Below are positions 46,508 to 57,323 of a stretch of DNA of 64,000 nucleotides, piece after piece. Source of the DNA: a candidate division FCPU426 bacterium (GTDB taxonomy: Bacteria > Oederibacteriota > Muellerivitia > Muellerivitales > Muellerivitaceae); contig CAWCKJ010000003.1 in the NCBI GenBank assembly GCA_963796105.1, positions 576,001-640,000 of the forward strand, given 5' to 3'. The notes below the pieces were generated by a model. That model was not told the origin of the DNA. It was given only the letters and a program-made list of their open reading frames with translations, and made no database searches. The position numbers and the translations under genes were made by a program. Each line of letters opens with the position of its first letter. The stretch's first letter is position 1.

Positions 46508-47926
46508 TCAACACTTCTGCAATTCGAGGCTGTATTTCTCCGTTTCCTCGTCAAAAGGAACGGGATATTTGGCTGTGAAACAAGCGGCACAATGCCCCGA
46601 GGGGGTCCCTTCCACCGCTTTCATCATCCCCGCGACCGAAAGATAGGACAGGCTGTCCACCCGAAGGTAGGTCTTGATCTCCTCCAGGCTGTGGGTGGCC
46701 GCGATCAGCTCGTTGCGGCTGGGAAAATCCATGCCGTAAAAGCAGGGCGAGATGATAGGAGGCGAGGTGATGCGCAGATGAACCTGCCGGGCGCCCACGT
46801 TGCGCAGCATCTTGACGATCTTGCGCATGGTGGTTCCCCGCACGATCGAGTCGTCGATCAGGATCACCCTTTTCCCCTCCAGGGATTCCTTGACCGCGTT
46901 GTACTTGAGCCTGGCCCCGAAGTCCCGGATGGATTGGTTGGGTTCTATGAAGGTGCGGCCGATATAGTGGTTGCGGATAAGGCCCAGCTCATAGGGGATC
47001 CCCGACTCCTCGGAGTAACCCGTGGCGGCCATGTTGGAGGAATCCGGAACCGGCACCACCATGTCCCCCTCCACGAATGCCTCCTGGGCCAGGATATGAC
47101 CCAGGCGTTTGCGGACCTTCTGGACGCTGGTGTTGTAAATGCGGGAGTCGGGCCTCGCGAAATATATATACTCGAAAATGCACTGGGAGTGGGTGATGCG
47201 CTCAAATGGCTTGATAGAGACCAAGCCGTTCTCGTTGATGAGGACCATTTCCCCCGGCTCCACGTCCCGCACGTACTTGGCGTCGATGATGTCGAATGCG
47301 CATGTCTCGCTCGCCAGGACCCAGCAATCCTCCAGTTTGCCCAGGCAGAGGGGGCGGAATCCGTTGGGGTCCCGCACGCCGATCAATCCGTCGTCGCATA
47401 GAACCAGGAGCGAGTAGGCTCCCCGAACCTGCTTGAGGGACTCGATCATGCTCTCAATGAGGGTATGGCTGGAATTCCGGGCCAACAGGTGGACGATGAC
47501 CTCCGAGTCCACCGTTGAGACGAAAATAGAGCCACGGGCCTCCAACTCGTCCCGGATGCGCCGGGCGTTGACGAGGTTGCCGTTGTGGGCGATGGCGATG
47601 CTCCCACGGGAATACTCCACCGCGATGGGCTGGGCGTTTCGAAGCTGGGAGGAACCAGTCGTGGAATAACGCACATGCCCGATAGCCGTCTTGCCGGGTA
47701 GTTCCTTGAAAGCTTCCTCGGTGAAAATATCCGCCACCAAGCCCATCCGCTTGTGGTTGTAAAGATGGCCGTCAATCATGGTACAAATGCCCGCGGACTC
47801 CTGGCCACGGTGTTGGAGGGAATGAAGGCCCAGATAGGCGAGTTTTGCGGCCTCAGGGTGGCCGTAGATCCCGAAAACTCCGCACTGATCGTGCGGCTTG
47901 TCATCATCCAACCACTGCTGTGCCAA
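46508..47926 (-). CDS. purF: amidophosphoribosyltransferase
   Basis: Propeptide then CGVFG; QHRGQE and DDSIVRGTT motifs; Fe-S cysteines. Confidence 0.98.
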   Translation of the reverse strand: MAQQWLDDDKPHDQCGVFGIYGHPEAAKLAYLGLHSLQHRGQESAGICTMIDGHLYNHKRMGLVADIFTEEAFKELPGKTAIGHVRYSTTGSSQLRNAQPIAVEYSRGSIAIAHNGNLVNARRIRDELEARGSIFVSTVDSEVIVHLLARNSSHTLIESMIESLKQVRGAYSLLVLCDDGLIGVRDPNGFRPLCLGKLEDCWVLASETCAFDIIDAKYVRDVEPGEMVLINENGLVSIKPFERITHSQCIFEYIYFARPDSRIYNTSVQKVRKRLGHILAQEAFVEGDMVVPVPDSSNMAATGYSEESGIPYELGLIRNHYIGRTFIEPNQSIRDFGARLKYNAVKESLEGKRVILIDDSIVRGTTMRKIVKMLRNVGARQVHLRITSPPIISPCFYGMDFPSRNELIAATHSLEEIKTYLRVDSLSYLSVAGMMKAVEGTPSGHCAACFTAKYPVPFDEETEKYSLELQKC

Positions 47927-47949
47927 AGGAAGCTCCTTAATAGATTAAG

Positions 47950-50178
47950 TTATGCCATCATCTTTTCAATGGCCTGGAAATACAAGTCCCCCGCCTGGGA
48001 AACCGGAATCTCCAAGTGGTTCTCAATCACAATCTTTGCCCCTTCCACCAGGCCTATTCTGGAGCAGGGCACCCTGTATTTAACGGCCAGCGCCTCGACC
48101 TTCGCGGCGTCCCCCGGTTTACAGGATAGGATAACACGGGACTGGGACTCTCCAAACATAAGCCCGTCCGCCCGGCCCTTGCCGGGAAGAGATACCTTTG
48201 CGCCCCAAGCAGGAGCTTCATGGGTAAGCCCGGTAAAGCAGCATTCCGCGAAAGCGACCGCGAAGCCGCCGTCGGAACAATCGTGAGCGCTTTGAAGAAG
48301 CCGGCCGTCCGCCATGGCTTTCAGGGCAAGATGCAGGGAATGCTCCGCTTTCAAATCCATCCTCGGGCAAAGACCCGTATTCTGGCCGTGGATTACCTCC
48401 AGGTAGCGGCTTCCCCCGATGGAATCCAGATTCAAGCCCAGGAAATAAACCAGGTCGCCCTCCTTCTTGAACCATTGCGTGACCGCCTTGTCCACTTCCT
48501 CCAGCAACCCGATGACCCCCACAATAGGAGTCGGGTCGATGGCCCCGCCGGGATTCTCGTTATAGAAGGAAACATTGCCGCCGACGATGGGGATGCCGAA
48601 AGCCTGGCAAGCTTCCCCCAGCCCGGCAATGACCCTGTCGAAATAATAATAAACCTCGGGTTTCTCGGGGTTCCCGAAATTCAAACAGTCCGTGAGGCCG
48701 ATAGGCTCGGCTCCGGAACAGGCTATATTTCGGGAGGCCTCCGCCACGACGATTTTTCCGCCCTCATAGGGATCCAAGGCGCAATAGGACCCGATGCCGT
48801 CGATCGCCATGGCCAATCCCATCCTAGTCCCCTTCACCCTGAGGATACCAGAGTCGGATCCTGGGCGGATCAGCGTGTTGGTACGGACCATGTGGTCGTA
48901 CTGATGATAAACCCAGCGCTTGCTTGCGATGGTCGGATCAGCTAAAAGCCTTGCCAGGATTTCGCCAGTGTTGTCCGGAACGGAAATGGAAGATTCATTG
49001 AAAGCCTTGTGTTTTTTTAGGATTGCCGGTTCCGCCTTGGCGGGATGGTAAATCGGGGCCTCCGTCAGGGAATCCGCGGGGACATCCACCACCACATGGC
49101 CCTCTTCCTTGACTACCATTCGTCCGGTATCGGTCACGAACCCGATGGTGGCCGCGTGCAAGTCCCACTTTGCCAGGATTTCGTGAACTTCCTTCTCGCG
49201 GCCCGGTTTGGCGACGAGAAGCATCCGCTCCTGGGACTCGGACAGCAGGATCTCATAGGGTGTCATGCCCTTCTCGCGCTTCGGGACTTTGGCCACGTCG
49301 ATCTCGATACCGGCTCCCCCACGGCTCGCCATCTCACAGGTGGAACAGGTCAGACCCGCGGCCCCCATGTCCTGGATGCCCACTAGGAGGTTTTTATAAA
49401 TTAGTTCAAGGGTGGCTTCCATCAGGAGTTTTTCCATGAAGGGGTCAGCCACCTGGACCGCGCTTCTTTTCTCAGTGGACTCGTCGGTAATCTCGGCGGA
49501 AGCGAAGGTGGCGCCGTGGATTCCGTCCCGGCCCGTGGTGGCCCCGATATAAATGACCGGATTGTTCATGCCGGACGCCCTGGCCCGGATGATCTGTTCG
49601 TGCCGCACCAGCCCTACCGACATGGCGTTGACCAGGCAGTTCTCCCCGTAGCTTTCGTCGAATAGGACCTCCCCCGCCACAGTGGGAATGCCCATGCAAT
49701 TCCCGTAATCCGCGATGCCTCTTACCACGCCGGAAAACAGCCTTTTGACTTTGGGATCGGTCAGGGGGCCGAATCTCAGGGAATTGAGTGAAGCCACGGG
49801 CCTGGCGCCCATGGTGAAAATGTCACGCAGAATGCCCCCCACGCCTGTAGCCGCGCCTTGGTAGGGCTCAATGGCGGAGGGATGGTTGTGGGACTCGACT
49901 TTGAAAGCCACCGCCCAGCCCTCGCCGATGTCCAGGATGCCCGCGTTCTCGCCAGGGCCCTGAAGAACCTTGGGGCCTCTGGTGGGCAGGGTTTTCAGGA
50001 GCGCGCGGGAATGCTTGTATCCGCAATGCTCGCTCCACATGACAGAATAAACGCCTAGTTCCGTCAGGTTGGGTTTGCGTCCCAGAATTTCCTGGATGCG
50101 GAGGTATTCCTCGGGCTTGAGGCCGTGCTCCTTGACCACCTCCGGAGTGATTTCCTTGTCAGCGGTAAAAGGGGTCAT
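47950..50178 (-). CDS. purL: FGAM synthase large subunit
   Basis: [22 protein letters not shown] and SESQERM motifs; ATGA overlap with the purQ stop. Confidence 0.97.
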   Translation of the reverse strand: MTPFTADKEITPEVVKEHGLKPEEYLRIQEILGRKPNLTELGVYSVMWSEHCGYKHSRALLKTLPTRGPKVLQGPGENAGILDIGEGWAVAFKVESHNHPSAIEPYQGAATGVGGILRDIFTMGARPVASLNSLRFGPLTDPKVKRLFSGVVRGIADYGNCMGIPTVAGEVLFDESYGENCLVNAMSVGLVRHEQIIRARASGMNNPVIYIGATTGRDGIHGATFASAEITDESTEKRSAVQVADPFMEKLLMEATLELIYKNLLVGIQDMGAAGLTCSTCEMASRGGAGIEIDVAKVPKREKGMTPYEILLSESQERMLLVAKPGREKEVHEILAKWDLHAATIGFVTDTGRMVVKEEGHVVVDVPADSLTEAPIYHPAKAEPAILKKHKAFNESSISVPDNTGEILARLLADPTIASKRWVYHQYDHMVRTNTLIRPGSDSGILRVKGTRMGLAMAIDGIGSYCALDPYEGGKIVVAEASRNIACSGAEPIGLTDCLNFGNPEKPEVYYYFDRVIAGLGEACQAFGIPIVGGNVSFYNENPGGAIDPTPIVGVIGLLEEVDKAVTQWFKKEGDLVYFLGLNLDSIGGSRYLEVIHGQNTGLCPRMDLKAEHSLHLALKAMADGRLLQSAHDCSDGGFAVAFAECCFTGLTHEAPAWGAKVSLPGKGRADGLMFGESQSRVILSCKPGDAAKVEALAVKYRVPCSRIGLVEGAKIVIENHLEIPVSQAGDLYFQAIEKMMA

Positions 50179-50873
50179 TTCGCGGCCGCCATGGCGGTGA
50201 GGATGGAATTCCATATGAATTTGCCATCGCTGCTGCCCAACAAGTCTTCCCCGGTCCTGTCCGGATGGGGCATGAGGCCGAAGACGTTTCTTTTCGCGTC
50301 GCAAACACCCGCGATATTCTCAAGCGATCCGTTGGGATTGGAGTCAGGCGTGATCCGGCCCTGCGGATCGCAGTAGCGCACGATGACCTGGTGGTTATCC
50401 GAAAGCTTTTTCAACCCGTCGGAATCGATGAAATAATTCCCTTCCCCGTGCGCGATGGGGATTTTCAAGACCTGCCCGGCCCGGCAAGAGCGAGTAAAAG
50501 GAGTGTCGGTCTCTTCCACGCGGATATAGACGTAACGGCAGCTGAACTGGAGGCTTTTGTTTCGGATCAAGGCACCCGGAAGCAGGCCCGCCTCGCAAAG
50601 GATTTGGAATCCATTACAAATGCCGATCACCAGGCCGCCCTTGGCGGCGAAATCCGCCACAGACCTCATGACGGGTGAGAAGCGGGCGATCGCGCCCGTA
50701 CGCAGGTAATCGCCATAGGAAAACCCACCCGGAACCACAACGCAATCGGGGTTTCGAAGGTCTGTGTCCTTGTGCCAGACCATTTCCACCGGCTGGCCCA
50801 TGACCTCCCTGATCACGTACTCGCAATCATGGTCGCAATTGGAACCTGGAAAAACCGTCACCGAAAATCTCAC
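50175..50873 (-). CDS. purQ: FGAM synthase glutaminase subunit
   Basis: [23 protein letters not shown] and MPHPDR motifs. Confidence 0.97.
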   Translation of the reverse strand: MRFSVTVFPGSNCDHDCEYVIREVMGQPVEMVWHKDTDLRNPDCVVVPGGFSYGDYLRTGAIARFSPVMRSVADFAAKGGLVIGICNGFQILCEAGLLPGALIRNKSLQFSCRYVYIRVEETDTPFTRSCRAGQVLKIPIAHGEGNYFIDSDGLKKLSDNHQVIVRYCDPQGRITPDSNPNGSLENIAGVCDAKRNVFGLMPHPDRTGEDLLGSSDGKFIWNSILTAMAAAK

Positions 50874-50961
50874 TTAAATCCTCTTTTTCCCATCAGGGAG
50901 TCGTTCAAGATCACGGCTTGGCGTTTCAATCCCCGGTTCCCGCGGGTATCGACACGGGAAT

Positions 50962-51216
50962 TCACTTTTTTTCAACCGTAAACCGGTAGGATTCGATATT
51001 GGGGTTGGCCAGGAGCTTGTCGCAGATCTCGTCAATCTGTTTTTTAACCTCGGCCTCCGAAAGGCCGCCGTCGAATTCCATCTCAGTAAACTTGCCCATC
51101 CGGACACCCTGGACGGACTTGTATCCCATCTGGTTCAAGGCCCTTTGCACCGTGGCCCCCTGGGGGTCCATGACCGAAGGTTTTAGTGTGACATAAACGC
51201 TCGCGTGCCAGATCAT
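50962..51216 (-). CDS. purS: FGAM synthase PurS subunit
   Basis: LKPSVMDPQG and LLANPNIESY motifs. Confidence 0.96.
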   Translation of the reverse strand: MIWHASVYVTLKPSVMDPQGATVQRALNQMGYKSVQGVRMGKFTEMEFDGGLSEAEVKKQIDEICDKLLANPNIESYRFTVEKK

Positions 51217-51247
51217 TCTCGGCTCCATTCAGTATTAAACTGGGTTT

Positions 51248-52543
51248 TTAAAGAATCCCCGCCCTTTTCAGGATGTAATCCACGTTCTTCAGATGGACTG
51301 AAAGATCGAAACATTTCTCCACCTCGAAAGCCTTCATCCTAGACCTGACTTCCGGATCCTGCCGGACCAGTTCCCTGAAATCCAGCTCGTTTTTCCAGGC
51401 GTTCAAGGCGTTGCGTTGCACGATGGCGTAGGCTTTCTCCCTGGTACAGCCCTTACCCACCAGGGCCAATAATACCTGTTGGGAGGAAACCAGGCCCCTC
51501 GTCAATAAAATATTTCGTTTCATCCGCTCGGGATAGACGTTCAACTTCTCGATGATTCCGATGAATTTCTCAAGCATATAGTTCAACAGGATGGTGGCGT
51601 CGGGAAGGATAATCCTTTCCGCCGAGGAATGGGTAATGTCCCTCTCGTGCCAGAGGGCCACGTTCTCCTGGGCGCTCAAGGCGTAGCCCCTCATCACGCG
51701 GGCCAACCCAGCCACACGCTCCGCCGTGAGGGGATTGCGCTTGTGTGGCATGGCGGAAGAGCCTTTTTGGCCCTCGGTGAAAAACTCCTCAGCTTCCAAC
51801 AGCTCGGTGCGTTGGAGGTTCCGGATTTCGGTGGCGAATTTTTCCAGTGAGCAGGCAATGAGGGCCAGGACCGAAAGGAAATAAGCATGCCGGTCCCTCT
51901 GGAGGGTTTGGGTGGAAATCGGGGCGGCCTGGAGGCCCAGGCTCTTGCAGACTAACCGCTCAACTCTGGGGTCGATATTGGCGAAGGTTCCCACTGCCCC
52001 GGAAATCTTGCCGACCGCGATATGCTCCCTGGCCTGTTCCAACCGTTCCACATGCCGCAGGACTTCGTTGTACCACAAGGCCATTTTAAGGCCGAAAGTC
52101 ACCGGCTCAGCGTGAACCCCGTGGGTCCGGCCGATCATGAGGGTATCGCGGTGCTCCCGGGCGCGTCTTTTCAAGACCTTCCCCAAACGGTCCAACTGGG
52201 CCAATAAAAGGTCCGTGACCCTCACCAATTGGAGGGCCTGGGCCGTATCCACCACGTCAGTGGAGGTGAGTCCTAAATGGATAAACCGGGAAGATGGGCC
52301 CACAAATTCCGCCACTGAAGTCAGGAAGGAAATAAGGTCGTGGTTTGTTTTTTTCTCGATAGCTTCGATGCGCTTGAGGGAAAAACGGGCCTTTTTCTTG
52401 ATGATAGCCAGGTCTTTGCGCGGGATCCGCCCTAAGCGGTTCCAGGCCACGCAAGCGGCGATTTCCACCTTAAGCCATGACTCGAACTTGTTTTGTTCGG
52501 ACCAAATACCGCCTATTTCAGGCAAGGTGTAACGGGATATCAA
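51248..52543 (-). CDS. purB: adenylosuccinate lyase
   Basis: GRTHGVHAEP and GSSAMPHKRNP motifs. Confidence 0.98.
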   Translation of the reverse strand: MISRYTLPEIGGIWSEQNKFESWLKVEIAACVAWNRLGRIPRKDLAIIKKKARFSLKRIEAIEKKTNHDLISFLTSVAEFVGPSSRFIHLGLTSTDVVDTAQALQLVRVTDLLLAQLDRLGKVLKRRAREHRDTLMIGRTHGVHAEPVTFGLKMALWYNEVLRHVERLEQAREHIAVGKISGAVGTFANIDPRVERLVCKSLGLQAAPISTQTLQRDRHAYFLSVLALIACSLEKFATEIRNLQRTELLEAEEFFTEGQKGSSAMPHKRNPLTAERVAGLARVMRGYALSAQENVALWHERDITHSSAERIILPDATILLNYMLEKFIGIIEKLNVYPERMKRNILLTRGLVSSQQVLLALVGKGCTREKAYAIVQRNALNAWKNELDFRELVRQDPEVRSRMKAFEVEKCFDLSVHLKNVDYILKRAGIL

Positions 52544-52866
52544 GAAAAACCCCTTATCTCGTTTTAAACGGCGGCTGGAGGGTAGGCGAGGGAGAGAGCG
52601 TTGAAAAGCGGGATCAGTATATAAAGACTTGGCCCTTCAACCAATAAAAAAAGCCAACACTTTTGGCCATCATCAAAATTTTAACCGTGATGGAAAATGG
52701 TTGGACAAATGTCCTCACAAAAGGAAAAAAACATCCGGCAGCAAACTTTTCGATGCCAACAGGCTGCCTTTATCCATAATTGTCGTTTATATCCATTAAA
52801 TACCCTGAATATTTTCCAACTATCTGTTTAGGATGTTCTTTTTCAATCATCCGGTTGAAAGCGGAA

Positions 52867-53925
52867 TTATTCCTGAAATCGATTCGCCTTCCAAAGAGCC
52901 ACAAAAGCCCCCAGGCAGCGCAGGGCGTCCTCCGCGACGCTGACAGAACTTCCTCCCAAACCACAAGCGGTCGAGAAAAAGGAACGGCCTGTCAACTCCC
53001 CCTTCCCTATCCCTTTTTTCGCGAGAACCTCAATAGTATCTTCCCAGCGGTTGTACAGTTGGGCGGGATCGGCGAATTGGCCCAACACCATACCGGTGGG
53101 CACCATTCCCCATACAAGGTTGCCTCCCTTCCGAAGGTATTTTTTCAGGCTTTCTGGATCCCGCGTGAGGTGATCCATAAATTGAAAAGCGTCGAAATGA
53201 AAAAACTCCGCGGAGGTCTCAAAAGCCCAAGGCCAGGGTCCCGGGCCGCAGCAATGAAGGCCCACCAGCGCCCCATCCTCCTGCAGCCTTTCGATAACGC
53301 TGGAATGCCACTCCCGGATATCTTTCCAACGGATACCGTAGTTTTTAGGTTCAAAAGCATGTCCAAGGAAAGGCTCATCGAGAAAAAGCACGACAGGCTT
53401 CCCCAATTTGGAGAGTTCTCGTAATTGCCAGCGGGCATGCAGAATGACATATTGGGCGAGCAAATCCATCGCATCCTTTGAAACCAGGACGGGCTTACCC
53501 TCGTCATCCTTCACCAGCAATCCCCAAGTCAGGGGTCCCACCATCTGTCCCTTGACCGCGAGGACATGTCCTTTTTGGAGCCGTTCGGATTCCTCCAGGA
53601 ACTTGTAAAAGCCAGAGGCCTCATCCTGTTTGAAAGCGGCCCTTTCCAGTTGTTGAATCCTATTTTCCTCAACGATCCGTTCCAAAGCCTCTTTCAACCC
53701 CACTGGCGACAAGGTCAGGAGAGGTTGTTCCGATGACCCCCAATTCAACCCCGGAAGACCCGAAAGACCTTGCAAATTCATGCGTTCCTTAGTGGATTTT
53801 TTCGGAAGTTGGGGCCAAGCCGGCACTTCGGGAAATCCCTGGATTTGGGACTTGATGGCAATATATGGATCCAGGGCCGGCAATGATCCAACCGCGATAC
53901 GGGCGCCTTCCGCTAATCCATCCAT
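52867..53925 (-). CDS. single-barrel methionine synthase-like (URO-D/MetE superfamily) protein
   Basis: VGSLP, WPQLP, KGQMVGPLT, DEP, HCC, WGMVPT and ACGL motifs. Confidence 0.75.
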   Translation of the reverse strand: MDGLAEGARIAVGSLPALDPYIAIKSQIQGFPEVPAWPQLPKKSTKERMNLQGLSGLPGLNWGSSEQPLLTLSPVGLKEALERIVEENRIQQLERAAFKQDEASGFYKFLEESERLQKGHVLAVKGQMVGPLTWGLLVKDDEGKPVLVSKDAMDLLAQYVILHARWQLRELSKLGKPVVLFLDEPFLGHAFEPKNYGIRWKDIREWHSSVIERLQEDGALVGLHCCGPGPWPWAFETSAEFFHFDAFQFMDHLTRDPESLKKYLRKGGNLVWGMVPTGMVLGQFADPAQLYNRWEDTIEVLAKKGIGKGELTGRSFFSTACGLGGSSVSVAEDALRCLGAFVALWKANRFQE

Positions 53926-54686
53926 GGATGATCCCCCCAGGGCCAATCGGCAAAATGAAAGAACTGGTGTTTGGCGGTCAAATTTAAATGAAGCGGAGTC
54001 ACGGAGATATAGCCAGCCCGGACTCTCGAAACATCCGATTCGGGATGTTCCTGGGCCGGCTCGCTGGGGCTGTCCAGGATGTAGTTGTAGTGGTCTTCCA
54101 ATTCCTCGTGCTTGCCTAGGTCCTCGATATGCCTGAATTCCCCCTGGTGGGTCAAAGCCACCCCCTTAATTGAATCCGGGGGTAATGGCGGTACATTGAC
54201 ATTCAGGAATATTCCCGGGGCCAAACCCCTATCCTGAATCCACTGGGCCAACTTCCGGGTGAATTTAGCGCAGGTCCTGAAATCCTTCGCTTGGTGGCTG
54301 GTCAAAGAAATGGCGGCCGAGGGAATTCCCAAAAGCACAGCCTCAGCTGCGGCGGCAACCGTGCCGGAATAAATGATCAAGGAACCGTAATTGGCACCCT
54401 GGTTAATCCCAGAAAGCACTAGATCCGGTTTCCAGGGTAAAAGTTTCAGGACGGCCGTGCGGACGCAATCCGCGGGAGTGCTGGATATGCGGAATGAATA
54501 ACGAACTCCAGGCCAGGGAGATTCCCGGACTTTAAAGGGAGTATTCAAGGATATGGAATGCCCCTGGGCGCTTGCCTGTTTCTCCGGGGCGGAAATGGCC
54601 ACTTCCCCGAGGGAGCGAATCTCCTCGAAAAGGGCTTTTAAACCCGGAGCCTCAATGCCATCGTCATTGGTAAGCAAAATCTTCAT
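53913..54686 (-). CDS. surE: 5'/3'-nucleotidase SurE
   Basis: ILLTNDDG, TPADCV, SGINQGAN and YSGT motifs. Confidence 0.96.
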   Translation of the reverse strand: MKILLTNDDGIEAPGLKALFEEIRSLGEVAISAPEKQASAQGHSISLNTPFKVRESPWPGVRYSFRISSTPADCVRTAVLKLLPWKPDLVLSGINQGANYGSLIIYSGTVAAAAEAVLLGIPSAAISLTSHQAKDFRTCAKFTRKLAQWIQDRGLAPGIFLNVNVPPLPPDSIKGVALTHQGEFRHIEDLGKHEELEDHYNYILDSPSEPAQEHPESDVSRVRAGYISVTPLHLNLTAKHQFFHFADWPWGDHPWMD

Positions 54687-54807
54687 GCGGCATAGGATAA
54701 GGCCTAAGACCCGCCTCGGACAATAGCGCAGGATGAAAAAATAACCGGTATAATCTCCCGCAAGAATTAAAAGCGGATCTCTTTCGAAGTCGCGGATTAA
54801 GCCGGTT

Positions 54808-57141
54808 TTAAAAAAGATCGCCCAGATTGAAATGGAGGACGCCGCCCGGGGGCGCGGCTGAAGTTGAAAGCTGGGAATCGATGGGCCAGCCATAATCGAG
54901 GCGGATCGCCATGACGGTTCCTGGAATGGTAAGGCGAAGGCCCAACCCAGCCCCATATTGAACATGGGACTCATCCAGGTTCAAGATCGTCGTCCAAGCA
55001 TTTCCAGCGTCGAAAAACAATACACCCCGAAGAGGCCCGACTATCGGGTGTTTGAGTTCCGTGTTTGAAACAAATAATCCGTCGCCGCCCGCAACGGGCC
55101 CGACGCTCCGCTCGTTATACCCGCGGATGGTATCCGTGCCTCCGGCGAAGAATTTCTCATAGAGAGGCACGTCCGTGAATCCCCGGCCGAGAAACCAGTA
55201 GCCCTGTCCCGCGCCGACCCTAACATGCTCTCCGAGGACAAACCCCGCCACTAATGGGATAAAATGGCTAGAATCCCCAATCACCTTAATGAAGTTGGTA
55301 TCCGCGCCCAAAGGGCCTCCGGCGAATTCCAGCGACAATTGGTGCTTCCACCCGGTTGTTGGCTCAAAAACATTATCCCGATTATCAAAAACGATTCGCG
55401 GAGTGAAACTGCTGGTGGTTTGGTCAGTAGACTGGATGAATTGAGGGGTGCCGGGGATATTGTAATAAGGATCTACACCCCCGATATCCACGTTCTCAAA
55501 GAGATAAGTTCCATAAACGTTCCAGAAACGGCTTAGTTTCCGCCCCAAGCTGAGGGATGCTCCATACCGTTTTTCCGTATAAAAGTTGGTAGTGTTATCT
55601 TGGGGATTCGGCACGGCAGTGGTGTAAATCCTATCGGTATCAAAAACGTCGATTCCGAAGGATGTCCTCGTGTTAAAAAGCCAGGGTTCCGAAAATCCGA
55701 TATCAAAGCTCGTCTGGGATGCCCCGAATTGGACATTGATACTCCCATGAAGACCATGTCCCAATAGATTCGCCTCGTCGAGTTTGACCGTTCCTACCAG
55801 GCCGTCCACAGAGCTATATCCCCCGCCGACGCTGATGGTCCCGGTTTTCCTTTCCTTCACCCGGAAGACCAATATTTCCTTCCCGGGGGTGTCCCCAGGC
55901 TCGACTTCCGGATTCACCTCGTCAAAATAGCCCAAGTTGTAGAGGTTCTGGGCGGAACCCCGGATCAGGTTGGCCTCGAATTTGTCCCCGGCGTTGATCA
56001 TCAGCTCCCGCCGGATGACATAATCCGCGGTTTTGTAATTTCCGACGATTTTGACATCCTGGACATAGGCAACCTGGCCCTCAGTGATATCGAAAGTCAA
56101 ACTTACTTTCTTCAATTCCTCGTCGTAGTTCAACGTGGGCTTTACAGTTGAATAGATATACCCCTTGTCCGCGTAAAGGGTTTTCATTTTACGGGTTCCA
56201 TCATCCAGGTTGCTCTTGCGTAAAACCTCGTTTTTTTTCAATCCCAGGGCCTTGGAGAGGTCCTCATCATCGAAAAGAACATTGCCATGGAATTCCACCC
56301 CGGCCAAACTATACTTCTCACCCTCCTTGACCTTGAACGCAATGAACACCTTTCGATGGGTGGGATTCATGGTTTCCTGATGGCTTAAAACAGCGGCCTT
56401 GAGATAGCCTTCATCGTGGTAAAAATCCTCGATTTTCTTGATATCCTCGTCCAAAAGATCCGGCTTGTAATTGTCTCCAGGATGGTTATTCTTCATTTGT
56501 TCAGCGACTTTTTTCTCGCTGAAAGCCTCGGCGCCCGTCACTGTCACCTTGGCGACCTTGACCTTCCTGCCTTCCGAGATGTTAAAAGTCACTTCTGCGG
56601 TATTGGCGTCAGCATTGACCCTGCTCTTGGCTGTCACGCTTACGTTGGAATAGCCCTCATCCAGGTAAAGTTTCTTGATGGCGGCCACATCGCCGTTGAG
56701 CTTGGCCGGGTCGAATGTTTCCTTGGGCGAGCTCTTGATTTCCTGGAGAAATTTCGAGGAACCCCATTTTTTCTGGCCGATGAAAATAATTTTGCTGATC
56801 TGCGGCCTTTCCTTCACCTGGAAAGTCAATACAACTTGGCCGGGCTTGACCGCCTGGTCCACGTCCGCCTTGACGTCGGTAAAATCCCCCATATTGAACA
56901 GGTTGTGTATGTCCATACGGACCCGCCGGAGGGAGAAGATGTCCCCCTCTTTTTCGATCAAATGGCCGTAAATGAGTAGGGCGGAAACATTCTTGTTCCC
57001 GGAGACTTTAATGGAAGCGATCTTGGCCGTCAGGTCGCTTTGACCCATCAGGGGAGCCGCAGCGGAAAGCATGAAAAAGCCAAGAACCAGGGAACCCATG
57101 GCCGGAAAACTTCTTCTGGCTGGGATTGAATTCGGAATCAA
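54808..57141 (-). CDS. bamA: outer membrane protein assembly factor BamA
   Basis: Five POTRA-like repeats, IRGY motif and C-terminal Phe; start uncertain. Confidence 0.93.
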   Translation of the reverse strand: MIPNSIPARRSFPAMGSLVLGFFMLSAAAPLMGQSDLTAKIASIKVSGNKNVSALLIYGHLIEKEGDIFSLRRVRMDIHNLFNMGDFTDVKADVDQAVKPGQVVLTFQVKERPQISKIIFIGQKKWGSSKFLQEIKSSPKETFDPAKLNGDVAAIKKLYLDEGYSNVSVTAKSRVNADANTAEVTFNISEGRKVKVAKVTVTGAEAFSEKKVAEQMKNNHPGDNYKPDLLDEDIKKIEDFYHDEGYLKAAVLSHQETMNPTHRKVFIAFKVKEGEKYSLAGVEFHGNVLFDDEDLSKALGLKKNEVLRKSNLDDGTRKMKTLYADKGYIYSTVKPTLNYDEELKKVSLTFDITEGQVAYVQDVKIVGNYKTADYVIRRELMINAGDKFEANLIRGSAQNLYNLGYFDEVNPEVEPGDTPGKEILVFRVKERKTGTISVGGGYSSVDGLVGTVKLDEANLLGHGLHGSINVQFGASQTSFDIGFSEPWLFNTRTSFGIDVFDTDRIYTTAVPNPQDNTTNFYTEKRYGASLSLGRKLSRFWNVYGTYLFENVDIGGVDPYYNIPGTPQFIQSTDQTTSSFTPRIVFDNRDNVFEPTTGWKHQLSLEFAGGPLGADTNFIKVIGDSSHFIPLVAGFVLGEHVRVGAGQGYWFLGRGFTDVPLYEKFFAGGTDTIRGYNERSVGPVAGGDGLFVSNTELKHPIVGPLRGVLFFDAGNAWTTILNLDESHVQYGAGLGLRLTIPGTVMAIRLDYGWPIDSQLSTSAAPPGGVLHFNLGDLF

Positions 57142-57323
57142 AAAAACCTCCATAAATGCGTTAAATGGCTTTATCACAACCCGGAATCGTCTATTGAAAG
57201 GCGACCAAAGGGCGGTATTCTAACATGGTCAGGGAATATCGCCAAATAATAATGGCCTCATTTTGGACGTTTCGGGAGGTTAAAACGGCTTACGGGGCTC
57301 CAATGGAGAGTCAAAAAAACAAT

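Noticed and set aside
50179..50304. Extended purL N-terminus (and the similar extension of surE to 54974)
   Set aside because: Overlaps purQ or bamA; better starts exist at 50178 and 54686
52544..52866. Purine or ZTP riboswitch upstream of purB (also checked upstream of purH and purM)
   Set aside because: No recognisable aptamer consensus by eye
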